In this document: in pieces, positions 31,737 to 42,749 of the stretch
How positions within the stretch are numbered: the first letter of the stretch is position 1
Layout: each line of letters starts with the position of its first letter
Assembly (NCBI GenBank): GCA_964637135.1
Contig: CAZWTX010000002.1
Span: forward strand, 62,001 to 126,000
Length of the DNA: 64,000 nt
Reading direction: 5' to 3'
Source: an uncultured Methanospirillum sp.
Lineage (GTDB): Archaea; Halobacteriota; Methanomicrobia; Methanomicrobiales; Methanospirillaceae
Notes under the pieces: model-generated
Told to the model about the DNA's origin: nothing
The model's database searches: none
The model's input: only the letters and a program-made list of their open reading frames with translations
Program-made: the position numbers and the translations under genes

Positions 31737-33605
31737 CTATCTGATCGGCTCATCAGGATCAGCATAGGGATCCGGAAGCGATCCATGGTTCAGTTCATCA
31801 TCAAACCGGTGGATCCGGGCGGGTTTCGGTCCCCGTGGATCAGTGGGGTGGTAGCCATCAGGGGTGAGTTGTTCCCCGATCTGCTGACGCCACATCGCAT
31901 AATATAATCCCTTGAGATCCAGGAGGGTGTCATGCGTTCCAGTCTCGATGATCCTGCCCTTTTCCAGCACGTATATGACATCTGCATGAAGGATCGTCGA
32001 CAGCCGGTGAGCGATCAGGATCGTGATCTGGTCCTCGCTCATGGAGATCTCCCTGATAGTGTTCGAAATCTCTTCTTCAGTCAGGGAATCAAGAGCAGAG
32101 GTCGCCTCGTCAAAGATCAGGAGGCGGGGATGACGAAGCAATGCCCGTGCAATGGAAATCCGTTGCCGTTCCCCCCCGGAAAGGTTCATTCCTCCTTCCC
32201 CGATAAAGGAATCAATTCCCCAGGAAGAGCGGTTCAGGATCTCATCACAGGACGCCTTATGCAGGACATCACGCATCTCTTCATCGGTGGCATCTGCCTT
32301 GACAAACAGGAGGTTTTCCCGGATTGTCCCCGAGAAGAGCTGGGGATCCTGGGACACCAGCCCGATCTGCCTGCGGATGGGATTATACGAGATTACCGAT
32401 GACGACTGGCCGTTAAAGAAGATCTCACCGCTGATCGGGATGTACAACCCGACCAGGAGTTTCATGAGGGTGGATTTGCCAGAACCGGTCGGACCGACAA
32501 ATGCGATCGTTTCACCGGTCTGTACATGGAACGAGATCCCGTCTATGGCATTATACCTGGCATTCTTATGGTGAAAGACAACGTCCACGAACCGGATGTC
32601 TTTCAGTTCATGGATCTCCACCGGATTGTCCGGCCGCTGTTCTACCGGTTTCTGCATCAGCTGGTCAAAATGGTTAACCGAGGAGTATACCTCCCGGTAA
32701 TTCACGATGATCGAACCGATGTCCTGGAGGGGGACAAAGATGATCGTGGTGATGAACTGCATCGAGACGAGTTCCCCGGTGGTAAGGATCTTCCGGAAAA
32801 TCAACCAGAGGAGGATGAAAAGGATTGACTGCTGCAGGATACATAACGTCGTTCCCTGGAGAAATGTCAGGGACCTGACCCGTCTGACTTTCATCATCTC
32901 AAGATTGAATATCTTCAGATTCTGTTCACGAAGTCGTCCGATTTCAGGAAATGTCAGACCGAGACTCTTCACAATCTCGATGTTCCTGAGTGATTCCGTG
33001 ATAACCCCGGCCATTTTGTAGGTCTCACGGTTGATGGACCGTTGCGTCGTCTTGATGGTATGACTTAAAAAACCGGTGAGGGATCCAAGAACCAGGATGC
33101 CGATCAGGAATACCGGTATGAGCATCCAACTCTTGGTGATGGAATACCCGATGAGAAAACAGATCCCGATAATACTGGAGAACAGAACGTTGATGAACGA
33201 GTTCATGAACGTCTGGGTATCGCTGCGGACCTTCATGAGGATCGATAACGTCTCCCCGCTTCGCTGGTTCTCAAATTCATTGAATTCCAGCCGAAGGGTC
33301 TGTTTCAGGCCCTCATTGAAGAGATACATCCCAAAACGCTGCACTGCAAGTCGTGAAAAGAATTCCTGAAATGATTTCGCGGCTTTCGCGGCCAGGGCAA
33401 TGCAGACGGCAACACCAAGCCAGAAGAGTACGCCAGAGACCAGTTCCTGTTCTGAGGTGGTCACCGGGTTGATCGCATAATTATCAATTATTCTTCCAAA
33501 GATGAGCGGATCAAGCAGATTCAGCAACTGGCTGATACCTGCCAGTCCGAGGGCGATCACGATGAGCCATTTTTGCGGTTTGAGATACTTCCAGAGGATC
33601 TTCAT
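31737..33605 (-). CDS. ABC exporter, fused TMD-NBD (MsbA/Atm1-like)
   Basis: GPTGSGKST, LSGGERQR, IFDEATS. Start taken at MKILWKYL (33605). Confidence 0.9.
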   Translation of the reverse strand: MKILWKYLKPQKWLIVIALGLAGISQLLNLLDPLIFGRIIDNYAINPVTTSEQELVSGVLFWLGVAVCIALAAKAAKSFQEFFSRLAVQRFGMYLFNEGLKQTLRLEFNEFENQRSGETLSILMKVRSDTQTFMNSFINVLFSSIIGICFLIGYSITKSWMLIPVFLIGILVLGSLTGFLSHTIKTTQRSINRETYKMAGVITESLRNIEIVKSLGLTFPEIGRLREQNLKIFNLEMMKVRRVRSLTFLQGTTLCILQQSILFILLWLIFRKILTTGELVSMQFITTIIFVPLQDIGSIIVNYREVYSSVNHFDQLMQKPVEQRPDNPVEIHELKDIRFVDVVFHHKNARYNAIDGISFHVQTGETIAFVGPTGSGKSTLMKLLVGLYIPISGEIFFNGQSSSVISYNPIRRQIGLVSQDPQLFSGTIRENLLFVKADATDEEMRDVLHKASCDEILNRSSWGIDSFIGEGGMNLSGGERQRISIARALLRHPRLLIFDEATSALDSLTEEEISNTIREISMSEDQITILIAHRLSTILHADVIYVLEKGRIIETGTHDTLLDLKGLYYAMWRQQIGEQLTPDGYHPTDPRGPKPARIHRFDDELNHGSLPDPYADPDEPIR

Positions 33606-34220
33606 GGGATGTGCCCAGTACATACGGATGCTGGCCAGGCAAGGAGGAATCTTTCAGGTCCCGGCATCCGCCTCGATGAAGAGGAATTGTCGGTTTCAGT
33701 GACAAGAAGATGAACGGGTACTCTGAAAGTATTTCCGATCCATTCATCAGGAGACAATGTTTCCCGAGGATACCGGGAGTGGTTCTCTCATCCGGTACCC
33801 GGGTTTCTCCATTGATACATATCTATCCTGACCGGGTACTGTGATCCCGGCAATACCGGACAGGTGCCAGGAAAAACGATATGCCAGGAAGGGATTGTAT
33901 TTCTCTCAGGCTGGAAAGCCTCCTGGTGCGGGCAGAAGAATGAATGAGAATCAATCCTGGAATAATTCCGGGAGATATTCCATCGCCTTCAAAGAGAGGA
34001 AGATTTGGCCTGATTGTGCCCGTATATCTCCGGGGTTTTTTTAGAGTAATCAGATCGCCAGTTATTAGAGAGATCATCCCATCCCAAGTAGGATCATCGT
34101 ACCAGCGATCACCAGGACATGATCAGGGTACGGAGAAGTACATTTAGGCACAGCAATGGTACCCGTGAAAAAAGTGGCTAATTAATATTGATTTACATCA
34201 AACGGTTGTAAAGTTTGATT

Positions 34221-35303
34221 ATGAAAAGACCGAATAGCCCCCTCAATACCGGGATCAGGATCCTTTTCCTGGTTCTGATCGCTGCCACCCTCTGCATGAT
34301 ACCGGTGTTTGCCGATGGAGACACCACCGGGCAGGTACGGACGATCACCGACATGGACGACCGGATGGTTACGGTCCCATCACCAATTTCAAGCGTGGTC
34401 ATCACCTGTTGCGGGGGAGCAGCACATGAACTGGCAGCCCTCGGGGTCAGCGACCGGGTCGTCGCCCAGCCGACCCAGTGTACCTCTGAACGCCTGTATA
34501 CCGTCGTCCCCGAATACCGGAGTGACACCGATGTGGGTTCCTTCGATGCCGTAAACGTAGAAGAGATCCTCAAACTCAACCCGGATATCGTGATCGGGAG
34601 TTATTATGCAGAGAAAGGAAACTCCCTGATCGAAGAGACCGGGATCCCCGTTGTCAGGGTACTCACCGGGCGTGCCGGGGTGGAGCGGTTGAAAGAGGAG
34701 TTCCGGATGCTTGGGACGGTTTTCGGAAAAGAAGAACGTGCAGAACGACTGATTGCATACTGGGACAAGACTCTCTCGGAGATCGAATCACGGGTCGCCG
34801 ATATTCCGGAAGAAGAGCGAAAGAGAGTCTACTACATGAGCAGCAAACCGCTCCAGACCGAGGGACATGGTGCCTGGGGTGATGACATGATCCGTGCCGC
34901 CGGCGGAGTAAATGTTGCAGGCGGGATCGAACAGGAGGTTATCAGGGGGGGATACCAGATCTCCACCGAGGATCTCGTCAAGTGGGATCCCGAGGTCATC
35001 TATGTCCAGTCAAACATGAAGGATTATTCAAGTCCGGCCGGGTCATTTGTCACTGATCCCCAGTATGCAACGATCCAGGCAGTACAGGATAACGCAGTCT
35101 ATCCCTGCCCGGTCGGAACCTTCTGGTGGGATCGCCCGGCCCCGGAGAGCCCGCTCGGAATCCTCTGGCTGGCACAGAAGCTCTACCCTGACCGGTTTTC
35201 AGACATAGACCTCGTAGAAGAGACAAAATCATTCTTCCACGAGTTTTATTCCTATGATCTCACGGATGACGAGGTAGCAGGTATCCTGAGCCCCCCGGTA
35301 TGA
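34221..35303 (+). CDS. Class III substrate-binding protein
   Basis: Signal peptide; TITDMDDRMVTVP, NVEEILKLNPDIV, AVQDNAVY, WWDRPAPE..GILWLAQKLYPDRF. Confidence 0.9.
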   Translation: MKRPNSPLNTGIRILFLVLIAATLCMIPVFADGDTTGQVRTITDMDDRMVTVPSPISSVVITCCGGAAHELAALGVSDRVVAQPTQCTSERLYTVVPEYRSDTDVGSFDAVNVEEILKLNPDIVIGSYYAEKGNSLIEETGIPVVRVLTGRAGVERLKEEFRMLGTVFGKEERAERLIAYWDKTLSEIESRVADIPEEERKRVYYMSSKPLQTEGHGAWGDDMIRAAGGVNVAGGIEQEVIRGGYQISTEDLVKWDPEVIYVQSNMKDYSSPAGSFVTDPQYATIQAVQDNAVYPCPVGTFWWDRPAPESPLGILWLAQKLYPDRFSDIDLVEETKSFFHEFYSYDLTDDEVAGILSPPV

Positions 35304-35364
35304 TATCTCCGGGAATATAGTCTGTACCGCCACTGGAAATTATGGACCATTTCAGGAAAAACGA

Positions 35365-36219
35365 ATGAAAAGAGAAGAAAACGTAACTTGCTGGGTGGAC
35401 TGCTGGAATTCATCATTAAATGAGTCAGACACGACTACGGACGAGATGCAGGCAGCACGGTGGAATACCCGGGCCGACCAGTTTGGAAAAGACCTGGATG
35501 ATGTGAGAAAACAGCAAAAAACTGCCGATTTCTTTGACCTGATGGACGAGGCCGGATTCAGCCCCAAGGGGGCACGGGTTCTGGATATCGGATGCGGGTA
35601 TGGATCGCTCTCCATTCCCCTTGCACAGGCAGGTGCGGCGGTGACATCGCTTGACATCTCTTCAGGAATGCTTCATCGCGTGAAAGAGACGGCAGAACGT
35701 GAGCGTCTGAATATCACCCCGCTGGAATGTTCCTGGTGGTCGGCAGATATCGATCACCTCGGATTTCGAAATGCCTTTGATCTCGTTGTTGCATCGATGA
35801 CCCCGGCCATCCGGGATGTGGAAACGTTCGACCGGATGATGGCCTGCTCACGAAAATTTTGTTATTACAGTAATTTCCTCAGGAAAGATTCGGGAAAGAT
35901 CCCTGCTGATATCCACACCCGGGTTCCGGGACTGACGCCGAAAAGACCGATATTTGCAGGGGGATTTCTCTATCCGTTTATGTACCTCTATACAAGAGGA
36001 TTTTGTCCGGTTATCCGGTTTACTCATAAGTCAGAGCATTATACACAGGACTGGGCAGAGGCGGCAGCCGGTGCAATCGACTACTTCCAGTTCGAAGGTG
36101 ACCTTCCGGACGAGACCCGGGAGAAGATCCGTGAGTATTTTAAGAGTATTGCAGTGAATGGCAGGTACATCTCGACATCGGAGAAGTATACCGGAATGAT
36201 GGCCTGGCAGGTGGAGTGA
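35365..36219 (+). CDS. Class I SAM-dependent methyltransferase
   Basis: WNTRADQF, VLDIGCGYG, LDISSGML, FDLVVASM. Confidence 0.9.
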   Translation: MKREENVTCWVDCWNSSLNESDTTTDEMQAARWNTRADQFGKDLDDVRKQQKTADFFDLMDEAGFSPKGARVLDIGCGYGSLSIPLAQAGAAVTSLDISSGMLHRVKETAERERLNITPLECSWWSADIDHLGFRNAFDLVVASMTPAIRDVETFDRMMACSRKFCYYSNFLRKDSGKIPADIHTRVPGLTPKRPIFAGGFLYPFMYLYTRGFCPVIRFTHKSEHYTQDWAEAAAGAIDYFQFEGDLPDETREKIREYFKSIAVNGRYISTSEKYTGMMAWQVE

Positions 36220-36567
36220 TCTGACAGTGAATGAACGCTGACAGGTTAATGAGTACCACCGGTCGGAGTTATTATTACATCCTGCCCGGAGAGATTCTCC
36301 GGAGGCCTGGTGAGTTAGGAATTTAATACAAAGATAAAAATGAACCTATTTTTGTGACTCGGCTGCTTGAGACATCATTTCGATGATCCTGGGACTGAGA
36401 TTGCATCCAGGAGGTCCTGTTACTCTATCATCAGGGGTAGCACAATATCCTGACATCATCTCCTAATATGATTTAATTAGGAAAACCAATCCCTCCAGTA
36501 ACACGGATCATACATTATTGAGAAAAGATCACAACTCCTTTTAATTCATATCACACATTCTGTTGCT

Positions 36568-38148
36568 GTGATGTATGTGCCGAGAAGGTATTCCGCGATT
36601 GTGTGTGTATTCCTGGTTCTGCTTCTTGCAGTAACCTGCTGCTCGGGAGCCGAGGAAAAGGTTCTCCGGATTGCAACCCTGAATGATGTGAAATCTCCAT
36701 CGTTTGTCGGAGATTACACGACCGGGCTATTCAACCATGTCTCAAACCCACCTCTCATGCAAATGGACAGCGAGGGACGGATCGTCGGGCTGCTTGCCGA
36801 TTCATACGAGGTCTCGGATGATAATACCCGGTGGACCTTCACTCTTCGTCCTGAACAATACTGGAGTGACGGCACGCCGGTCACCGGCGAGGATGTCGCG
36901 TACTCCATCACCATGTACGGGACAAGTGTGCCCAATGCCGGGTGGATCGGCGAGACCCTGACAGACACTGCCGTTGATGGCAACAAGGTCACCTTTACCT
37001 TTAACAAGCCCTATACCAACCTCGGCCTTGAGTTCACCTCGTACCCCATTCTCCCGAAGCATGTCTGGGAGAAGATTGAGGATCCCCTTAATTACACGAG
37101 TGAAGGACCATACGTCGGATGTGGTCCGTTCTATATGGATAAAATCGACATCAATGCCGGAAAAATCATCTTCAAAAAGAATCCGGAATGGAAGGGAGAG
37201 GCCCCGTACTATGATACGGTAGAGGTCAGCTGGTTCAAGAATGCAGATGCCGCCGCAAAGGCTCTTGAAAGCGGGGCAATGGATACCTACTGGAAATATG
37301 CCTCTGCATACCCGTATGCTGCCATTGATTCCCTTCAGGCAACCGGGAAGTTCGACCTCCTTGAGACACCGACCAGTGGAATGACCTTCATCGGTTTCAA
37401 CCTCCAGCATGAACTGGTCAGTGATCCGTCTTTCCGGGAAGCAATGGCGGCCGCTATCAATTACCCGGAACTCGTTGAGATCTCAACGCTTGGACATGGA
37501 ACGGTCCCGAACCGGGGATTCGTCCCACCGGCCATGGATGGGTATACCGCTACCGAACCGATGACCTATGACGTGGCAGGAGCAAAGAAGATCCTCGCCG
37601 ATGCCGGGTACAAGGATTCTGACGGAAACGGCATCGTCGAAGGCAGTGACGGGAAGGATATCATCCTCGATCTCCTGATCAGGAGCAGTTTCGACCGTGA
37701 AGCAGAACTGATCCAGGAATACCTCACCGATGCCGGTATCGGGGTCGATATCCGGTCAGTCGAGGACAACACCTGGTTCGAACTCAAGGATAACCTTGAT
37801 TATGACATTACTCTTACCCGTACCACTCCCTGGGGAATGCTGATGCATGCCGGATGGGCGACCGGATACTTTGACAGCCGGAGAACCGGGCAGGGGGTTC
37901 TGCATACCGTGGACGATCCTGACTTTCTTGCCCTTTGCGACAACATCCTTTCAACCACCAGCCACGCAGAACTGAAAAGATATGCTGAGGACGTCCAGGA
38001 ATATTATGCCGAGAACCTTCCTGGAATCCCGCTCTACTGGAAGAACGATGTAACGCCATACAACAAGGATATTACCGGCTGGTACAACAACCCGCTCTAC
38101 GGAATCATGAACGAGTACACGTTTACCGGTGTGAAACCGGTGGCCTGA
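36568..38148 (+). CDS. Family 5 substrate-binding protein
   Basis: Signal peptide; WTFTLR...WSDGTPVTGEDV, VGCGPF, FREAMAAAIN. Confidence 0.92.
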   Translation: MMYVPRRYSAIVCVFLVLLLAVTCCSGAEEKVLRIATLNDVKSPSFVGDYTTGLFNHVSNPPLMQMDSEGRIVGLLADSYEVSDDNTRWTFTLRPEQYWSDGTPVTGEDVAYSITMYGTSVPNAGWIGETLTDTAVDGNKVTFTFNKPYTNLGLEFTSYPILPKHVWEKIEDPLNYTSEGPYVGCGPFYMDKIDINAGKIIFKKNPEWKGEAPYYDTVEVSWFKNADAAAKALESGAMDTYWKYASAYPYAAIDSLQATGKFDLLETPTSGMTFIGFNLQHELVSDPSFREAMAAAINYPELVEISTLGHGTVPNRGFVPPAMDGYTATEPMTYDVAGAKKILADAGYKDSDGNGIVEGSDGKDIILDLLIRSSFDREAELIQEYLTDAGIGVDIRSVEDNTWFELKDNLDYDITLTRTTPWGMLMHAGWATGYFDSRRTGQGVLHTVDDPDFLALCDNILSTTSHAELKRYAEDVQEYYAENLPGIPLYWKNDVTPYNKDITGWYNNPLYGIMNEYTFTGVKPVA

Positions 38149-38195
38149 ACCATTTCCATCTTATTTTTCTCAATTAAGTACCATCACTTAGGAGA

Positions 38196-39167
38196 ATGTC
38201 CGATCAGACAGCCCTCCCGGAATGGATCCTCCGGAAGATGGCCAGGTACCTGATCTCTGCAGTACTGGTCCTTCTCATCGTATTCCTCGTACCCCGCCTG
38301 ATGCCCGGTGATCCGGTCAGGAACCTGGTCGGCGAGGATATCTGGCTCTCCCCGGAGACGATTGAGCGGATCAGAGAGGAGATGGGACTGGATATCCCCC
38401 TCCATGAGCAGTTTTTAAGGTTTCTCGGGGAGATTGCCAATGGCTACCTCGGATACTCCTACCAACTCCATGCCCCGGTCGCTGAGATCCTGATCGGACG
38501 GATCCCCTGGACACTCCTCCTCGTCGGAACAGCAATCATAGCAGGGGCCGGGATCGGGATCCCTGCAGGGGCCCTGACCGGATGGGAGAATGACCATCCC
38601 TGGGCACGATTCCTGACCGCAACCGCACTTCTCATCTCGGCAGTTCCGCCATATCTTCTCGGACTTGCAGCTCTTGCACTGTTCTCATTTCATCTTCGGC
38701 TCTTTCCCTTCAAAGGACTCTATGACACGCCCGATCCCCTGAGTATTCTCTATCATCTCTCCCTCCCGGTCCTGGTGCTCACGATCTTCTATGCATCCCG
38801 GAACCTCCTGATCATGCGGGGATCGGTGATCAGCGAGATGGGAATGCTCTACCCACAGGCAGCACGCTCTCTCGGGATTCCCGGGAAACGGATCCTCTGG
38901 CATCATGTTACAAAAAACGCAACCCTCCCGGTACTCACTCTGATCGCCCTCGACTTTGGATTCCTCTTCTCCGGGGCACTTTTTATCGAGATCATCTTCT
39001 CACTCCAGGGAATGGGAAGCCTGATCTATGATGCAATTCTCCTGAAGGATATCCCTATCCTTACCGGATCCTTCCTGGTGATCTCTGCCTTTGTAATTCT
39101 GGCTAATTTCAGCGTTGACATCCTCTCTGCAGTCATCGATCCCCGGGTACGGATGGGGGGACGATGA
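38196..39167 (+). CDS. Nickel/peptide ABC permease (DppB-like)
   Basis: RLMPGDP, GLDIPL, IEIIFSLQGMG, IDPRVR. Confidence 0.9.
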   Translation: MSDQTALPEWILRKMARYLISAVLVLLIVFLVPRLMPGDPVRNLVGEDIWLSPETIERIREEMGLDIPLHEQFLRFLGEIANGYLGYSYQLHAPVAEILIGRIPWTLLLVGTAIIAGAGIGIPAGALTGWENDHPWARFLTATALLISAVPPYLLGLAALALFSFHLRLFPFKGLYDTPDPLSILYHLSLPVLVLTIFYASRNLLIMRGSVISEMGMLYPQAARSLGIPGKRILWHHVTKNATLPVLTLIALDFGFLFSGALFIEIIFSLQGMGSLIYDAILLKDIPILTGSFLVISAFVILANFSVDILSAVIDPRVRMGGR

Positions 39168-40012
39168 ACGGAGGAGTGATGCCGGTACGGGGGAATCATA
39201 CCGGATTCATACAACCTGGGGTGATTGCAGCCATCGCAGTACTTCTCTGCTTCATGCTCTGGGCCCTCTTCCCCCAGGCATTCATCCCGGCAGAGGCAGA
39301 GAAACGGTTCAGGCCTTACCTCGATCCCTCGGCAGAGCATCTGCTCGGGACCGACGATATCGGGCATGATATCCTGGCCCTCCTCATCTCCTCGGCACGG
39401 GTTTCGCTTACGGTTGCGGTTGCCGCCGGAGGTCTTTCGATCTTGATCGGGCTCGTGGTCGGGATTATCGCCGGGTACTATGGTGGAATCGTGGATGATA
39501 TCCTGATGGGAACAACTGATCTCATCCTGATCATCCCGAAGATCCCCGTGATCATTCTCCTTGCTGCGATGACCCGCCCCGACCTCCTCCTCCTCATCCT
39601 TGTGCTTGGATTTCTCTCCTGGGAGACGACCGCCCGGGTGATCCGGGCCCGGGTCATGCAGGTCAGATCTGCAGGATATATTCTCTCAGCCCGCTGCCTC
39701 GGGTTCTCCCCGGCCTGGATAATGACCCGGGATCTCCTGCCAGTGATCTACCCGGTCATGCTCCCGAAGCTGATGCTCGTGGTGGCAGGGGCCCTGATAT
39801 CAGAGGCATCTCTTTCGTTTCTCGGGCTTTCGGACCCGACGATGAACAGCTGGGGAAAAATGGTCGCAGATGCCTTCTCTCACGGGGGGTTCATCAGGGG
39901 AATGTGGTGGTGGTATACACCGCCGGCCATCTGCATGGTACTGATGATCCTCGCCTGTGTCCGGCTCGGGAGGATATGGGAACACAGTGGTATGGAGACG
40001 GCATTCGAATGA
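39164..40012 (+). CDS. Nickel/peptide ABC permease (DppC-like)
   Basis: HLLGTDDIGHD, EASLSFLGL, SWGKM. Confidence 0.9.
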   Translation: MNGGVMPVRGNHTGFIQPGVIAAIAVLLCFMLWALFPQAFIPAEAEKRFRPYLDPSAEHLLGTDDIGHDILALLISSARVSLTVAVAAGGLSILIGLVVGIIAGYYGGIVDDILMGTTDLILIIPKIPVIILLAAMTRPDLLLLILVLGFLSWETTARVIRARVMQVRSAGYILSARCLGFSPAWIMTRDLLPVIYPVMLPKLMLVVAGALISEASLSFLGLSDPTMNSWGKMVADAFSHGGFIRGMWWWYTPPAICMVLMILACVRLGRIWEHSGMETAFE

Positions 40013-40950
40013 CCGGAGATCCTCTGCTCCGGGTATCAGATCTCATAGTCTCGTTTCGGTCTGCAGAAGGGGAGATACCAGCCGTTACCTCTTTTTCAGG
40101 AGAACTCTTACCCGGGGAAGTGGTAGCCATTGTCGGGGAGTCGGGATGTGGAAAATCGGTCACTGCTCATGCGATCATACAGATTCTCCCCCCGTCTGCG
40201 GTCATATCAGGTGAGGTATACCTTTCAGGAAAGGCGATTCATTCCCTCCCCGAAACAATTCTTGAGGAGATTAGGGGCAGGGAGATCGTAATACTCTTCC
40301 AGAACCCGGACAGGGCCTTAAACCCCCTCTACAGGATTGGACGGCAGGTACTTGAACCCGTACGGGCCCATCGCGGGAAATGGGACAAAATAGACCGTAA
40401 CCATGCCCTTTCCTGTCTCCGTGAATCAGGATGTGATGATCCGAGGGATATCTTCCGGAAATACCCCTGCCAGTGTTCGGGCGGGATGAACCAGCGGGCC
40501 CTCCTCGCCGTGACCACCGCTCTCTCACCGCGGGTGTTCATTGCCGATGAACCCACGAAAGGACTTGACAAGGATAAAGTTGCCGGAGTTGCAGCATTCC
40601 TGCTCAGTCTCCGGTCACAGGACCGGGGGATCCTGCTCATCACCCATGACCTCATGCTTGCAGAAGCGGTATCCGACAGGATTTTCGTGATGTACGCCGG
40701 AGAAGTGGTGGAATCGGGAGCTACGGGGGAAGTGATTGCATCTCCCTGCCATCCATATACCCGGGGGCTTCTGAAAAGCCTCCCGGAGAGCGGATTTGTG
40801 CCGATCCCGGGAATGAGCCCGGCTTTTTCAAACCTTCCCCCCGGATGCCGGTTTGCTCCACGATGTCCGGATGCCGGAGAAGAGTGTCACCGTGATCATC
40901 CGTCACTAATAAGGTGTAATGGGCGGGAGGTACGATGTCTCCGGCCCTGA
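40009..40950 (+). CDS. Nickel/peptide ABC ATPase (DppD-like)
   Basis: GESGCGKS, SGGMNQR, IADEPTKGLD, HPYT, CRFAPRC. Start taken at ATG 40009. Confidence 0.9.
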   Translation: MTGDPLLRVSDLIVSFRSAEGEIPAVTSFSGELLPGEVVAIVGESGCGKSVTAHAIIQILPPSAVISGEVYLSGKAIHSLPETILEEIRGREIVILFQNPDRALNPLYRIGRQVLEPVRAHRGKWDKIDRNHALSCLRESGCDDPRDIFRKYPCQCSGGMNQRALLAVTTALSPRVFIADEPTKGLDKDKVAGVAAFLLSLRSQDRGILLITHDLMLAEAVSDRIFVMYAGEVVESGATGEVIASPCHPYTRGLLKSLPESGFVPIPGMSPAFSNLPPGCRFAPRCPDAGEECHRDHPSLIRCNGREVRCLRP

Positions 40951-41675
40951 TCGAACTTTACAATATCTCCCACTCCTACCGGAACGGACCGCTCGGCAGC
41001 CGGCAAATGGTTTTAAAGCACTGCACCCTCTCGATCGGGGAAGAAGAGTCGGTCGGGCTGATGGGTCCCTCCGGATCCGGGAAAAGCACCCTAGCCCGTA
41101 TCCTTGCCGGTCTCGAACGACCTGAACAGGGTTCGATCAGGTTCCGTGGGCAGGATATTGACCGCCTGGACAGAATCGGAAGACGGGAATTTCGCCGTTC
41201 TGTCCAGATGCTCTTCCAGGATCCAGGCGGTTGTTTCCACCCGGCCCGACGGATGGGAGACTCGATTCGTCATGTTCTCGATCTCCACGGGTACCCGGCA
41301 AACGGGCAGGATAAGCAGATATTTGAGGTGATATCCCGGGTCGGACTGACACCGGATATCCTCTCCCGCTATCCAGATCAGGTTTCAGGGGGGCAGGCAC
41401 AACGTCTTGCTCTTGCCAGGATCCTCCTTGTCCGGCCCAGGCTGATCATCCTTGACGAACCAACCTCCGGACTCGATCTCTCCGTGCAGGCACAGATCCT
41501 GCACCTCCTCCGGGAGGTTGGGGAGAGGGAGAAAACTGCCTTCCTCCTGATCTCACATCATCCGGAGGTGATCAGGTTCATGACCAGCCGTTCATGGGTG
41601 ATCCGGGACAGTGAACTGCGTTCCACAGGGATGAATACCGGTTCTGCAGGGAAGGGAACACCGGGTCTGGTCTGA
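40935..41675 (+). CDS. Nickel/peptide ABC ATPase (NikE/DppF-like)
   Basis: GPSGSGKST, SGGQAQR, ILDEPTSGLD. Confidence 0.9.
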   Translation: MSPALIELYNISHSYRNGPLGSRQMVLKHCTLSIGEEESVGLMGPSGSGKSTLARILAGLERPEQGSIRFRGQDIDRLDRIGRREFRRSVQMLFQDPGGCFHPARRMGDSIRHVLDLHGYPANGQDKQIFEVISRVGLTPDILSRYPDQVSGGQAQRLALARILLVRPRLIILDEPTSGLDLSVQAQILHLLREVGEREKTAFLLISHHPEVIRFMTSRSWVIRDSELRSTGMNTGSAGKGTPGLV

Positions 41676-42749
41676 TGACCTGTTTTTCCGTCTCCGGCTC
41701 AGGACAAGGTACATCGCGAGATCACAGACAGGGGTCAGGTCAATAATCCGGTCCGAGTCCATCCCAGCCGAACGGATATATCCTTCCAGTTCTGGAATGG
41801 TCAGGTGCCGTTGTTCTCCCCGCATCTCGGCTGCAATAGCAAAAGAAGTCGTGATGAGCGGCCCGGTAAAGAAATCGTCCAGGAAAAAACCACACCGTGC
41901 ATAAAGACCCCCCTCGTTCAGGGCTGCTCCAATGGTACGGATCACCCGGGAATCGGTTTCAGGATCGAGATCCGGCGGGCATATCTGGAGGATAACATCA
42001 TATCCGCCGCCGATACACCCTTTGATATAATCGCCCCCGATACAGATAACCTGACTCTCAACACCGCGACTGCAGACATGCTCCCAGGCAACCGGCACGA
42101 CTTCGGGCCGGTCATAGATAATGACCTGTAGATCAGGGTTCATCTCAGCACAGGCTATCCCGATCAGTCCGTGTCCTCCCCCGAGATCCAGCAGTCTTTT
42201 TGCAGAGGAAAAAACCGGATCCCTGTTCAGGATCTCGACGATTCCCTGCAGTCTCCCAAGCAGCGCCTGGCTGCCCATCCTCCGGATTTCCGCGATGGTC
42301 AGGTGAGGTGAGTACGCAGAGTGAGATGAATCCAAACCGGGGGGGTTTTCTTTTCTCAGATACCGGACAAGATCAGCCCACTGGTGCCGCTGTAAAACCT
42401 CGCAGTCGAGCCACCGGGCATACAACGGGGAGGTGCGATCCAGAAAGGGAACAAGGTCACTCCGTACCTGGTACCTTCCGTTGTGATGAGTGAGGATTCC
42501 CCCGCTGACCAGCATTCCAAGAAGGAGGCGGAGACGATCCGGATCCATTCGGGAAGGGAGACATATATCTTCAAGGGTCCCGGGGATGAGAAGAGCGGAG
42601 AGGATCCCCTCTTCATGGGCAGTCAGGAAGACTGACCCGAGCTGATAGCCAAGCGTGATTGATCGGAGAAACCCGGACTGTTCCTTCACCGGCGGGATAC
42701 TATCCACCAGTCTGACATTCCTGGGAAGAGATGCGATATCAGGAGCCAT
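41592..42749 (-). CDS. O-methyltransferase (Methyltransf_2 type, N-terminal dimerisation/wHTH domain)
   Basis: LLDLGGGHG, IYDRPEV, GGDY, YDVI. Start taken at MAPDIAS (42749) behind a GGAGAGG RBS. Confidence 0.82.
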   Translation of the reverse strand: MAPDIASLPRNVRLVDSIPPVKEQSGFLRSITLGYQLGSVFLTAHEEGILSALLIPGTLEDICLPSRMDPDRLRLLLGMLVSGGILTHHNGRYQVRSDLVPFLDRTSPLYARWLDCEVLQRHQWADLVRYLRKENPPGLDSSHSAYSPHLTIAEIRRMGSQALLGRLQGIVEILNRDPVFSSAKRLLDLGGGHGLIGIACAEMNPDLQVIIYDRPEVVPVAWEHVCSRGVESQVICIGGDYIKGCIGGGYDVILQICPPDLDPETDSRVIRTIGAALNEGGLYARCGFFLDDFFTGPLITTSFAIAAEMRGEQRHLTIPELEGYIRSAGMDSDRIIDLTPVCDLAMYLVLSRRRKNRSSDQTRCSLPCRTGIHPCGTQFTVPDHP

